Shown: positions 40,566 to 54,015, counted from the stretch's first letter. The stretch is DNA of 64,000 bases from Octopus vulgaris (GCA_951406725.2 OX597819.1:59086001-59150000); one strand, 5' to 3'. The notes: generated from the letters alone by a model not told the origin. Numbers and translations are program-made.

Positions 40566-42330
40566 CAATGGACAGAACAGGTCTGTTGAGGAGTAGTCTT
40601 GTTAGAAATTCTTCTGCAGTGGAAAGCAGGGTGATCCCTTAGTAGTTTGAGCAATCTGACTTTTCCTCTTAGTTTTTGTATAGTGTAATGATGACAGCAT
40701 TGCAGAGATCTTGTGGCAGCTTGCCCTGTGCCCAGCATGCAATAAGGAGCTCATGGAGTTTAGCATGTATGTCAGGACCCCATGCTTCTATATCTCTGAT
40801 GGTATGCTATCGACTCTTGCTGCCTTTCTGCTCTTCTGCCAGCCTATGGCAATTGTGGTCTCATTTAATTGCACTCTGACTGGTTACTGCTGGATGTGGA
40901 GGATTGCCAACAGGAGCACAATAGATATGGTTTTTGTTTTCAGGCAGCTCCAGGAAAAGTACTGGGAGGAAAACAAATGATTTTATGTAACATTTGTCAA
41001 TCTGACAAAAGCGTTCGACACTGTGAGCAAGAAAGGTCTGTGGCAGATCCTAAACTGACTTGGCTGTTCCCCAAAATTCCTAACCATGATCATCCAGCTT
41101 CACAAAGACCAGCAAGGACAAGTCCACCTGAATAACAACATATTAGAGCCATTCCCCATCAACAACAGGGAGAAGCAGGATTGTGTCCTAGCACCAACTC
41201 TCTTCAGCATCTTCTTCAGCATGATGCTCAAGCAGGCCACTGCAGACCTCAATGCTGAAGATGATGTCCACATCAGGAACTGTCTGGACGGCAGTCTTTC
41301 CAACCTCCAGTACCTACTGGCCCACACCAAGACTCAAGAACAGTGATCCAGGACTTCCTCTTTACAGGTGATGCTGCACTTGTCACATACACAGAAAGAG
41401 ACCTGCAGCACGTCACATCCTGCTTTGCAGAGGATGCCCAGCTCATCAGGCTGGAAGTAAGCTTGAAAAAGACTGAAGTCCTACACCAACCAGCACCTCA
41501 GGAAGAGTACAGGATGCCCACATCACCATTGCTGAAACACAACTGAAGTCAGTACAGCAGATCACTTATCTTGGATGTACCATTTCACCAGATGTGAGTA
41601 TCAACAAAGAAATTGACAACAGACTTGAAAAGGCAAACAAAACATTTGGTAGACTGCACAAGCTTGTGTGGAATAATAAGCATCTTAAGATAAGCACAAA
41701 AATCAGAGTCTACAGGGCCATCATCTTCATGATGCTCCTATATGGCTCCGAGTCCTGGGTCCCCTACCACTGTCATCTCAGGTTCCTTGAACGTTTTCAC
41801 CAACGTTGCCTTCGTACCATCCTCAACATCTACTGGAGCGACTACATCACCAACACTGAGGTCCTCAAGCAAGCAAAGGTCACCAGCCTAGAAGCCATTT
41901 TACTTGAGACTTGACTACATTGGGCAGGACATGTTGACAAGATGAAAGACCACCACATACCTAAGATCATCATGTATGGTGAGCTCACCACTGGCCACTG
42001 CAACAGGAGGGCACCAAAGAAATGTTACAAGGATTGCCTGAAACAGTTCCTTGGCATTTGTGACATTGATTATCGTGAGCTGACCATGCTGCCTGGCATC
42101 ATACCATCAACAATGCTGTTTCCTCCTTTGAGATCTCTCACAGTGCCTCTCTTGAAGAGAAACGTCAGAGGCAAAAAAATAATGCAGCTGCATCATCAGA
42201 CCCAGGACAATCATACTTCTATCATCATTGCAATCAGATATGTCGATCCCACAATCGGCCTTATCAGCCACAAATGAACATGCAGATGACGTGGGCAACA
42301 GCCTTCCTAATCTTTGTCAGCGAAGCAAGG
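40566..42330 (+). mobile_element. 5'-truncated, 5'-inverted RTE-clade LINE (reverse transcriptase pseudogene)
   Basis: The + part from 40906 encodes RSTIDMVFVFRQLQEK, LTKAFDTV, CVLAPTLFSIFFS, LEVSLKKTEV, LLYGSESW, LHWAGHV and PKIIMYGEL with stops and frameshifts. Segment 40907-40566 on the - strand encodes the upstream RT part LPQDLCNAVIITLYKN*EEKSDCSNY*GITLLS. Confidence 0.93.
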
Positions 42331-43284
42331 ATATACATATATGAATACATCATCATCATCATTGTCATAATCATCATCATCATCAATATTATTATTAAGC
42401 TTCAGTTTCCCTTATTGATATGGTTTGGACAGACATGCAATGCAGCATTTCACCAAGCATTTCATTTTGCATCGCGTTATCTTTAAAGATTTACCCACTT
42501 ATGTTAGGAACATAAATTGTGATTAAAGTTTGGTGGAAGATTTTAATTCAAAACAAATGAAAACAAGACATTTGTACTACAGGGCCAGAGCCAGTTTCAG
42601 CCAGGTTGGTATCAAAAGGATTAAACTAAATAACAGTAAATAAATTAAATGCATGTGTGCCTTAGATAGATGTACGGTTTTGTCAGATGAGACAAACTAT
42701 CGTTATTTGTCTCAAGTCTAGTTTTGTATTATTTTTATTCCCTTCAGAGAATAACATTAATTCTGTAATCCAGCACTAAAACTGGCAACCATTTTTAGGT
42801 AAACAGACAGAAGGAAGCTGTCTAATATGCCCTGCCCAGTGGTAGAGCATAACTGCTATAATCACATTGCTACTAACTATAACTGTAAACACTTCTGTCA
42901 ATGAATAGGAATCACAGTGGGCGAGAACAAAATGTCTATAAAAATACAAGGAAAGAGATCCAAGACAGAATGTAAGAAAATGGCACTGTTGCGAACTTGA
43001 ATGGGTTAAATCATATATAAGAATGTCACAGCACAATATAAATTACATAAGAATGTTTAAATTACACAAGAATGTGTTTTACAAAACTGTTGGGTGTGAT
43101 CTAAGTTTCAGAATTAGCCAAAAACTAAACAAAAGGTCACATACAACAACTGGAAAAAAGGAAACAAATATGGAGACTAAAAAAGAGAGAAAGAAGACCA
43201 AGAGTATATAACAGCATCACGAGTGACCTTAACCCTATCCAGAGAAGATGATATGCCCAGTTTCTTCTCTGATTAAATACTTAC

Positions 43285-43351
43285 CAACAAAGTTCTCTCT
43301 CAGAGCATTGCTTCCATCAATTGTATGAATCAGTACAGCCAAAAGAATAGA
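43285..43351 (-). other. Second candidate non-coding exon
   Basis: 67 nt between ctctctcgtcgtcag and TTG|gtaagt, next to a CT-rich tract. Only splice-signal evidence. Confidence 0.3.
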
Positions 43352-43419
43352 CTGACGACGAGAGAGTGTACATGAGAGAATGTACGTTACAGGAGATATG
43401 GAACAAGCATGAGTGTGCA

Positions 43420-43426
43420 TGCGAGT

Positions 43427-43474
<48 letters not shown>

Positions 43475-43860
43475 TTGAGAGTGTATGAGAGAAGGGTTCC
43501 ACTGACACAGAGAGAGAGAGAGAAAGGGAGAGTGAGAGAAAAAGACAGAGACAAAGAGAGTGTATGTGTGTGTAAGATAGCATAAGTCCTAGTGAGAAAG
43601 GAAGGTTAGGAAGGGTAAGAGAAAGAAAATGTTAGAGTCAGAGAGAGAGAGGAGGGGGGAGAGAAAGAGAGAGAAACACACAAGAATATGTACATGTGTA
43701 CAAGTGAACATGAAGATGTGAGTGTGTGGGTGAAAAGCTGAGGTGTTTGTGTACATGTGAATGAATGTATGCACTGGTAGGTGTGCATATTTCAGAATGT
43801 GTAACTGTGTGAGAGAGAGAGCATGTGAGAGGAGACAGAGAGTGAGAGAAAGAGAATGTG
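43420..43860. repeat. Degenerate (AG)n/(AGAC)n/(GT)n tract
   Basis: Directly visible; lies between the two candidate upstream exons. Confidence 0.85.
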
Positions 43861-43916
43861 TGATCAGGTGATAAATGCAGTAATTATTTGATTATAATGA
43901 GAAATGAACAACTTAC

Positions 43917-43989
43917 CATTTAAATACTGATCAAATACAGCAGATTCAGTTACCAATAGCATGGTTTGGGGTCCTCCATATGAAGGAAC
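43917..43989 (-). other. Candidate upstream (5' UTR or alternative N-terminal) exon of the E3 ligase gene
   Basis: 73 nt between the acceptor tttctgttcttcttgtcag and the consensus donor G|gtaagt. Non-repetitive and on the same strand as the gene. Confidence 0.5.
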
Positions 43990-46094
43990 CTGACAAGAAG
44001 AACAGAAATATTCACCAGTTTAGTCAAATGAATTATTAAATACTAATCAAAATTGATAAGGTTATTATTACATTCTTGAAATATGGGACAGAAATTTTAA
44101 AGTTGTAGTTCCTTATCAAATGATACTTTTTTTTTTTTTTTTTTGAGATTTTTATGTTGAAACTAAACAACTGCATCATGGTAAAGCCATGATAACCATT
44201 TAAGACACACCTATACCATCAAGTTTGCTTCTGTCCGATTTCATAATTATATTGAATATTAGGCATGAAAGTCATTTGTCGTACATCACTTAGCTACTAA
44301 TACTCTTGTAACACTGTCCACACATACAAACACATTATCATCACATAAACATTTACTTTTCCAAGCTTGCATGGGTCAGACAGAATGTTTGGGCTGATTT
44401 TCTATCGTCGAATGCCCTGCCTTTACCAATTCTCACACGTTTTCAAGCAAGGTAATATTTTCGCCTTGGTTGGACATGTTTTCATAGAAGACTGGAAATG
44501 AGACATCACCTGTAAAACAGTGTCACTCGTTTCTATTCATAGAAGCATGGCTTGGATAGTTTTGCATCTCAATTCTGTACTAATTCATCTGCATAACTTT
44601 TTACTAGATTAAAATGAGATTTGCCACAGGCCACAATGAATAGTCCTTTTTATATATTTATTAATACTATTAAACAAAATCCCTTGCAGTATCTTGTAAC
44701 ATCTCTTTACATTATCAGTTAATCCTTTTGGCCCAGCTGGTACATATTTGTACCAGTCAAAAATTTTACAAACTATGTGATGCAGTATTGTACCGCTCCA
44801 GTTTTTCTGGAAAGTATGTAGCGCCAGACATATGATGATAGCTCAAAAGGCTTGCAAGCATACAAACCCCTGCCATTACTGACTTGAGAAAAAATTCCGG
44901 GTTGAAAGTGTTAATATCACATGAGGGATCAGTTTTGTCTTAAAACCTTCCAGATTTGATAAAATTTATACTAGTACATATTGAGGTCAATATATTTGAT
45001 AATCCCTTTCCTCAAAATTATCATCTTTGAAGTGAAAGTTATAACCAATATTGGGTTTCAAATTTTGGTACAAGGCCAACAAGTTTGAGAGTAAAACAAT
45101 TACATCAACCCCAGTGCTTAACTGGTCCTTATTCTGTCCACCCAGAAAGGATGAAAAGCAAGGTTAACCTCAGTGGAATTTGAACTCAGAACATAAAGAC
45201 AGACAAAATGCTTAGTAGCATTTTGTCTGGCATAGTAATGATTTTGCTAGCTTCCTACCTTAAAATATTAATACAACTAATATTATTATTAATTGTTCTG
45301 CAAAATTGTAGCAAAGTTTCTCATTTTAGTTATATATTCTCGGTTGTTTATATTGTTATACTTAGTATATTTGATTCACAATATCAGTAGACATTTAGTA
45401 TTACATAAACATCATAGCAAACTAATTGCCTGTTTTTAGCTGATGAGGTTGAATCATGCTGAATAGAAAAGTGTTTCACTGCCATCTCTTGGCTTCCATT
45501 GTCAACAAATTTCTCAATGCATGAACTTGTCGCTGAATTTTGTAAACAGAGTTAGCTTCATTTTCCATTGGTAAGTAATTAGTGATATAGAGAACTGTTG
45601 TTCAAGATTTAAACTAGGTATTGTGAAGCCACTTGTAGTTGACATCAACTATATTATCAACCAGATTATATTCAAACTGTGTTGCAGCCTTCTCATTTAT
45701 ATATCTCCATTCTCATTTGCATGTATTTTTTTCATGAAACTTGAAACTCTGTCCTTCAGCAATATCCTATTTCAATAGCTTTCTGTTGATATTCATCCAA
45801 TAGAACCTTATCTTTCTATTTTAAATAGCTATAAAAGCTCCTATTATAAAATAAGGGTCATTTCTACTTTCAAGTAACTCTGCAACCCATAAGCTTTGTA
45901 CCCTAACTGAAGCTATTAATAACATAATCTAGAGCAATGCTGCACTTTTATGTATGTATGTGTGTGTGTGTGTGTGTGTGTATATATGCTAACCTTACAA
46001 AACTCAATGAGGCAAGAACAGTCAGCCAATGATTTAACAATCTTCTTTCTTGACTATGAGCTGTGAACTCTTCAATAATGGAGGAGTAAAGTTA

Positions 46095-46337
46095 CTTTTT
46101 TGAGTCATGCTGACTCACAAGGGCCAGTTTCTCAATTTCTGTGGCATATAAATTCCCCACATGGATGGAACACTGGTCCATTTCAGGATTACTCATCTTT
46201 GCCAGCTGAGTGGACTGGAGCAACAGGAATTTAAGAGGTTTACTGAAGAACACAATGGGTTGCCTAATCCAGGAATCAAAGCCACAATCTTACAATCATG
46301 CACCCAACACCCTAACCACTAGGCCATGTGCCTCCAC
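46095..46337 (-). mobile_element. tRNA-derived SINE family C
   Basis: Head gtggaggcacatggcctagtggttaggg (A-box) and body gttgctccagtccactcagct. A homologous + copy lies at ~39193-39440. Confidence 0.75.
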
Positions 46338-48791
46338 AATGAAGGAGTGTTTTTGATATGTAAACATTTTATGAATGGAATGCAAATTGCTCCACCAAAT
46401 TTGTCCAACACAATCCTCATGTATAAGTTCTCCTCAGAATTTGGAAATCTCAAGTTAATTAAAAATTCAGGTGTTTGGGAAAAGAGCAATCAATACTGGC
46501 TACTTTACACTGAATACTGCTTCTCTGCACAGATACTGAATCAAAGCAGGAACCAGGGATTAAAGGAAAATGAATGTATTGTGAAAAACAAAATTAACAA
46601 TGACAATTTTCATGAAGTTCAATATGTGCTTTGAGGGCATACTGAATTATTCTGCAACAAAATTTCAAATGTTTATTCCTGTATAAAATGTACAAAATCA
46701 ATCCATAACATTAAAACTTTAATTCATATGGCCTACCAAACCAGTAATCTTCACCTTTCATTCATGATAAGAGATTACAATGTTCAACTGTTCAATAGCT
46801 TGCACGAGGTATGTCTGAATACAAATCTGAAGGGCCCTTATCTTTAGGTATGTTAGAATAAACAGCAATCATAAAGTAGAACCACTGAGTCTTGATTCTC
46901 CCCATGCAAAGGTATGAAACCACTAATTTTGTAAAAAGATAACTGAGAGGATATAACATTAAATGCTTTGCTAATCGAAAATAGAATTTTAGAAATCTTG
47001 CAGTCAGCATAAACAGTTTTGATGTTCATGAAACACAAGTCTGGATGTTGTGAAGAGAAATGAATTCAAACACTTTGAGCTGAGCCCTTTCATTGTAAGA
47101 GAAAAAAAAAATCAAGCCTGAAATGTTAGGGCTCTCTTCTTACAGCACAAAATCCTATCCAATTTTGAGAACTAGTAACAAATTGATAGAGATTGTGCTC
47201 AACAGTGTCATAATTTATTAAGATCTTTTGATTATATTTACAAATGATAATGGTGACAACACACCCAATCACTAAAACTGACACCACCTTAACATGTAAG
47301 CATATTTAGTTGGAGATCTGATCTGCTTTAACTTTAAATCACCTACAAATGATATAAATCGGACAAAAAAACAAATGGTAACACTCATTATTAGCTTAAC
47401 TAATATTTTTCATATTTACTTTAATAAATAAAGCTCATATACTTTTCTGACACTAACCTGACAGAAAACATAACTTTTTATCTTAGCTTTCCATTCTTTA
47501 GACTAATGTTACAGGCTTTGCTTTTGATGATATAGAGAGTTCAAGTAGAATCATATTAATTATACAAAGCAGGTTTTCTATGCTAATACGCAATTAAATT
47601 AGTTAAACTGTAAGTGATAATAACATTTATTCCCAAGGCTAAGCCAGCAACAGCTTAGTTTTTTTTTTTATAATCTAATCTTTTCAATGAATCTTCAAAC
47701 ACAAATAAATTTATTCATACATATACACACACTTGTGTGAGTGTGTGAAGAAAAATGGGGGAAAAAAACTAATGAACTAATAATAAATGGGAATGACTTT
47801 GTAGGTAAATGTCTGAAAATGGGATTAAAAAACATTAAAGAAAAAATATTAAAATATAAGTTTTTATGTAGTTGTTGTGGAGACAAAAGTGATAAAAATC
47901 TCCCCAGTCAACCAAATAGAGTATATATAAAATTTGTCATGCATGCTTACATACACACATCCAAGAGACACAGCTACCTAATAGCTGGTGAAAGATAAGG
48001 GGAATATGTAGTTATAACAGAAGTAAAGTAAGTAGTTTAATGGGAGTAAAGGTAGTAGAAAGAGAAGCTATGAGAGAGGGTTAGATAGGTAAGAGGTAAC
48101 AACTGACATTTCATTAGTGCTTTGAATGTAACATATTGAATTAACAACATTGAGATGGGACATATTTATTATAGACTTACTATTAAGTTTATCTTTTATC
48201 ATAAAATTGTAATAATTTTATGCAGTAAATTAATGAATCTATTGAAATAAGTAATGAATTTATGGTTAGTCACTGTCAATAGAGATAACAATGATAAAAC
48301 AACTCTAATGACATACCAAATCGTCAGCAGAAAATTTTATTTATAATGATGATCATGCAACAATATGCTAGTGATTGGCAAAAAAAAAAAAAATTCCCCC
48401 GTCTATCACCCTCCCTAATTACAGGGATTTCAGAAAGCAATTTCCAAAACAAAATAGAACATCATCATGCTGAAACCCAAGATTGAACTAGAGACCCTTT
48501 TCAGCCTAATGCCCTCTCAACTGTGCTGTTTTGACAATCTGAAAATAATCTCATGGTTTATAGTTATATACTATCATTAAAATGAGAATATTTTTTCCTA
48601 AAAGTATAAACAAACAAAATGTTAGATAATGGACAGAGAAAAAACTCATTCCAAATTAAAATGAAATAGAAAATTTGCTTTCATAAAACTTTATCCTATT
48701 ATTATTAGTGACAGTGAAAAGTAAGTTAGTAATTCACTCAGCTGCCCCATGTTCACATTTTTAATAGAAAGCATTCAATAATAACAAAGAA

Positions 48792-49005
48792 TTCTTTATT
48801 CTTTTACTTGTTTCAGTCATTTGACTGCGGCCATACTGGAGCACCGACTTTAGTCGAGCAAATCGACCCCGGGACTTATTCTTTGTAAGCCCAGTACTTA
48901 TTCTATCAGTCTCTTTTGCCAAACCGCTAAGTGACGGGGACGTAAACACACCAGCATTGGTTGTCAAGCAATGCTAGGGGGACAAACACAGACACACACA
49001 CATAC

Positions 49006-49053
<48 letters not shown>

Positions 49054-49198
49054 GATGGTCTACCAAATCCACTCACAAGGCATTGGTCGGCCCGGGGCTA
49101 TAGCAGAAAACACTTGCCCAAGATGCCACGCAGTGGGACTGAACCTGGAACCATGTGGTTGGTCAGCAAGCTACTTACCACAAAACCACTCGTGCGCC
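48792..49198 (-). mobile_element. tRNA-derived SINE family A, full length, with internal CA/TA microsatellite
   Basis: Head ggcgcacgagtggttttgtggtaag with B-box-like ggttcagtcc and CORE-like cttgggcaagtg. Many homologous copies in the window. Confidence 0.9.
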
Positions 49199-49644
49199 TT
49201 TGAGTGGAACGTTTTCATTGTAAGAAGCAAACTTGTTAAATCCAATCTAGATGCAGTCCAACAGATGGAATTATACTACATTAGCAAGATGAAAGCAATG
49301 CTCACACAAATTTAAGCATTTCTAAAGTGGTCTACAGCTGGTTACCATTAAAATGACAATTATTCAAACATGAAGGCTAATACAGCAGTCTTGGCAGATA
49401 GACAGACACAGTGGCTGAAAGGTTAAGGTGAGTTCAAGCCCTTTTGTTGTGTGTCCAAGGAAGCTACAAAATCACTTGCTCCAATGTATGTGACTGATCA
49501 TAGTTGAATGGTTAGCAATAGAAACATATACAACTGAAAAATAAGTGTATCAACATAAACCTAAACCATACAAGTTTTGAAAAATTGAAAAATAACCTAG
49601 CTACTAGTAAAAACCACTCAGTAAAAAATATTGGATCTTACAAT

Positions 49645-49711
<67 letters not shown>

Positions 49712-50409
49712 GGGGGAATATGAATGTTGGACTGTTTATACTTTTTGCATAATTCTAAGGGTGCACTCTGGTAATTTTAAGGTAGCATACTCATGTCAAA
49801 AGTAAAAGTATATGTATATTTGATGCAAGGGAAACAGAAAAGAAAAACAGAAGATGTGTGTATGTATGTAAAACAGAGAACTTAAATTGTCTCCAGAGTC
49901 AATCACATACACATGCAATAATAGTACCTTTGCATTACTGCCATTCCAGAATGTCTGCAGCAACTCGTACAGTTGTAAAGAGACACTTCCTGATGAAAGA
50001 TAATTATAAAAGATCTCCTCAGCCACATAATGAACAGAACAAGATTTCTAATTTTAGCAGAGTTTGTTTGTTACTACAGAAAATGGCGGTCTGAAGCAGT
50101 GATTCTTGCAACCCAAGAAGATTTCTACCAAATAGATATTTTTTCATTCTGACAGTTGTTTAACACGATGAACACTCCAGTTTGAAAGAACACTGCACAG
50201 AATGTCTTGCAACTTCTTTGTTTTGAAACGATATTTACAAACAAGTAATTTTTGGAATGCATATCTGCATGATTTGTGCATAGATGTACATATCTGCAAA
50301 TATGTATATTGAAATTTGTGCATATGAGCGTAAAACACTATTTAAAGTAGGAATGCACAATATTCTGTGGGAGTATAAGAACAAACTTGTATGTAAGTGT
50401 TTGTGTGTA

Positions 50410-50445
<36 letters not shown>

Positions 50446-51274
50446 CTACACATGCAAACATACATATACAGAATACATGTACCCTGCACAAGTTTCTGCA
50501 TGTTTATGATAAACACATATATATATGCATAACAAATGCTTGCATGGATATGTATCCACACACACAGATATAAACACATGGATGTAAAAGCTTGAATCAG
50601 ATAAAAGGTTATGTATACTCTATGTTTGTGGATATGTTATCAAGTTGTTAGTATAAAATAGCATTCCAGAAGAATTGATCATCTTGCTAAAACTTGCTAA
50701 AAATAAACTGAAGAAATATATTTCTTAGGATGTGATAATAAAGTTTGGTAAAGTTTGATGCAAATTCAATCAAATACAGGTTGACAGTTTCTTCAATAAA
50801 AAAAAAATGATTGATTAGGAGATTGGTTCTTTTAGGTATGCCTTCTTCAATGAGCTGTTTTAGCTCTAAACTATTGATGGTGGTGGTCAGAGTAATTCTG
50901 TTTGTGCAACTCAATTTGGTAATGATGGCAGAATTACAAAGTTAATGGATTTGGTGTGATTAGAGTGGAGATCATTTGAAATGGAAAACTTATTGTACTG
51001 GTAGTAGAGATAACACTGACTTACTTGGGAATAGGTAAGCAGAGATAAGTATCTTCTCTAAGAACACCAAAGGTAAGAGCAGGATACAAGCTCAGTCCTC
51101 ATGGTGAATCTGCTTCTGACTATTTCTTATTCAGGCACTACACATAACATAGAAAGATAAATAGGAGGTTGTGATGTTCATACTAAGCCTATGATTATTG
51201 GCAGAGTAACTGAAGTAATAGGAGCTGCAGTCTGAAATTCTCTAAATACACACACACACGCACACATTCCCATT

Positions 51275-51660
51275 CATTCTCTTATTTGTTTCAATCATTT
51301 GATTGCAGCCATGCTGGAGCACTGCCTTTAGTCAAACAAATCGATCCCAGGATTTATTTTTTGTAAGCCTAGTACTTATATTGGTCTCTTTTACCGAACC
51401 GCTAGGGTACGGGGACGTAAACACACCAACATCAGTTGTCAAGCAAAGATGGGATGACAAGCACAGACATAAACACACACAAACACATATATATATATGA
51501 CAGGCTTCTTTCAGTTTCCATTAACCAAATCCACTCACAAGGCTTTGGTCGGCCTGAGGCTATAGTAGAAGACACTCGCCCACGGTGCCACGCAGTGGGA
51601 CTAAACCCAGAACTGCGTGGTTGGTAAGCAAGCTACTTACCAAACAGTCACTCCTGCACC
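51275..51660 (-). mobile_element. tRNA-derived SINE family A
   Basis: Collinear similarity to 48792-49198. Confidence 0.9.
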
Positions 51661-52854
51661 TCATTGTCATAGTAATAAAAAAAAAAACATAATACAATAA
51701 AAAGCTTGTAAAGCAGTGATTTTCCAAAAATACCTGTCACCACTTACCAAATGTTAGTGGACTTTCTCACCACCCCCACCATCAACTATTAATTTGAGAA
51801 CAAAATAGAGTTTCCATCCATGTAATTCTTTCTTCACAATGAATTTTTAAAATTTCAAACCATTTTAATTTTATTAAATACGGCAATCTTTCTGTCCTTA
51901 TTTCAATCTTCACAGCTCCAATCAAGACCTCTCCTATGAGAAACACTGTTGCAAAGCAACTCAAAAGGTTGAAATACACTGAAAGCAAAGAGTAAGGCCA
52001 CAAGCTATAAATTCCTATCAATCTGCTATGCACAAAAATTCTGAATTTGAATTCACTTGACATGCAAGTACACCTTGTTATTTTGTGGATTTTATTGTTA
52101 TATAAGAAAACATTTCAATAAACTTTACCCATTTTGTTACTGTATTTATTTCAAGATGCTGTGTTTCTTTCAATTACTTTAAGTATAACAAAGAATTTAA
52201 TAAAATAACTTAGTTATCATTCAGCTAGTGTTAGGAACATAAATTGTTGACTAAGGTTTGGTGGAAGATTTTAATTCAAAACTTATGAAAACAAGACATT
52301 TGTACTCAGAGCCAGTTTCAGCCGGGTTGGTAATGAAAGGATCAAAGCACAAACATACATATATTGAACCATTTCACATTCCAATTACTCTATCATATGT
52401 AAAGCCTATTTATTCATATTGTTTGGAATTCATAATGCATTCTCTTGCAGCTTTGAGATTTCAATGTGAAAGTTTATTTTAAGAATGACATTGTAGGATA
52501 GATTTGAGAGGCCATATTTGGCCTGTTTGGACATAAAACAGATAGAATATTTAGGCCAGGAATGGCAAGTTTAAATGCTAAAGGGTTAAGGAAATACATT
52601 TGCTTTGTTGTTTGTTCTAATTAAGCAATTTGAATATTTCAAGTGTCTTGAGATGTTGTCTTTTAATCCATTAAATCTACAGTGACTAATACCTGAAATT
52701 TCATCTGAAGAAGTTGAGGTATGTTCTTTGTTGTATTACTTTACTTCTACTTGAACCCTCATTGCACTGATTAAATTTATGCTGGTGACATAACATGGTA
52801 ATCATACGCAAATCAGTCCTCACGATCTTTTTCTGTGGGCCAGTAAAAATAAAG

Positions 52855-53048
52855 CGAGTATGTGCCGGTGGCACGTAAAAGCACCCTCTACACTCTTGGA
52901 GTGGTTGGTGTTAGGAAGGGCATCCAGCTGCAGAAACTCTGCCAGATCATATTGGAGCCTGGTGCAGCCATCTGGTTCACCAGTCCTCAGTCAAATCGTC
53001 CAACCCATGCTAGCATGGAAAGCGGATGTTAAACGATGATGTTGATGA
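52855..53048 (+). mobile_element. RTE 3' UTR/tail fragment
   Basis: gccggtggcacgtaaaagcacc...gttaggaagggcatccagctg...catgctagcatggaaagcggatgttaaacgatgat. Confidence 0.85.
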
Positions 53049-53711
53049 CTGCATCTTATGAAATGTGGACAATTCAGGAACATACCCCACTATCAAAAAC
53101 AAGGTAACTCAGTTCCCACATCTCAAATGCACCTGCACAAAACTGAGTATACACAGTTCCCATTCAGTAAGGGTTAAATCTTGATAACAGAAGATGAAAT
53201 GAGTAGAAACCAGTAGCTATGTTGTCATAAGAGTTAACAACCAGTTAATCCTGTATACATCAGCTGCAGCAAACAGATCATATTCAGCATAATCCAGATT
53301 GTCATGACAGAAAAGCAAATGGCCTGAGAGCAGAATATTTTCAAACACTTGAAATTAACTGATTTCTTAACCAATTTAGAAATTTCTGATCTAATACATC
53401 AAATTTACACATTAAATGTTAATAATTCTTCTCTTCACATAGACACAAAGCCAGCAATTCTGAGAAGAGGCATGTTGATTATATTGTTACCCAATACTTG
53501 AGAGTGTTATTTAATCAACCCCCAACCCACCCAAGAATGAAAGACAAAGTTGACCTCAGAACACAAGGAACCATAAGAAATGTAATTAAGCATTTGTCCA
53601 ATGCTCTAATAATTCTGCCACTTCATCACCTGTTAAGTATATTCACAAAATTCCAACAGAATTCTTCATTGTAATCAACCAAGACCAAACAACAAACATC
53701 TATACAGATCT

Positions 53712-54015
53712 AAATTTAAGAGATGAGGAATTATGTACGTTATTTACATTATTTACAATTGACGGATGTTTGTCCTCATCTTGGCATAGCAGTTAAGAGC
53801 GCGGGCTACTAACCCCAAGATTCTGAGTTCAACTCCAGGCAGTGACCTGAACAACAGCAACAGCAACAAGATCGAAAAATACCTTAGGAATGAGAACCTA
53901 GGTTCAAAGTTTCCCCAAGACACCTGATGAAGGCTGGAGGGTATATCAGCCGAAACATTGTGTTAACAACAAACAAGATGAGGACAAATATACATTAATT
54001 GTAAATAATGTAAAT
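53712..54015 (+). mobile_element. tRNA-headed, hammerhead-containing short element with 42-bp inverted repeats (Penelope-like architecture)
   Basis: A-box tggcatagcag at 53782 and B-box gttcaactcc at 53827. Hammerhead motif at 53919-53964. Inverted arms 53742-53783 and 53974-54015 (4 mismatches). Confidence 0.8.
53919..53964 (+). ncRNA. Minimal type I hammerhead ribozyme motif (this copy probably inactivated)
   Basis: Stem I GACAC/GTGTT, core CTGATGA plus one extra A, stem II GGCTG-(10 nt)-CAGCC, then GAAAC ATT (expected GAAACGTT; the difference fits CpG decay). Confidence 0.7.

Noticed and set aside
42790-42900. Minus-strand peptide HWAGHIRQLPSVCLPK
   Set aside because: Probably a tiny RTE remnant, but too short to delimit or support.
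53782-53845. Possible tRNA gene
   Set aside because: No intact acceptor stem or terminator; it is embedded in a repeat and is a SINE-type head.
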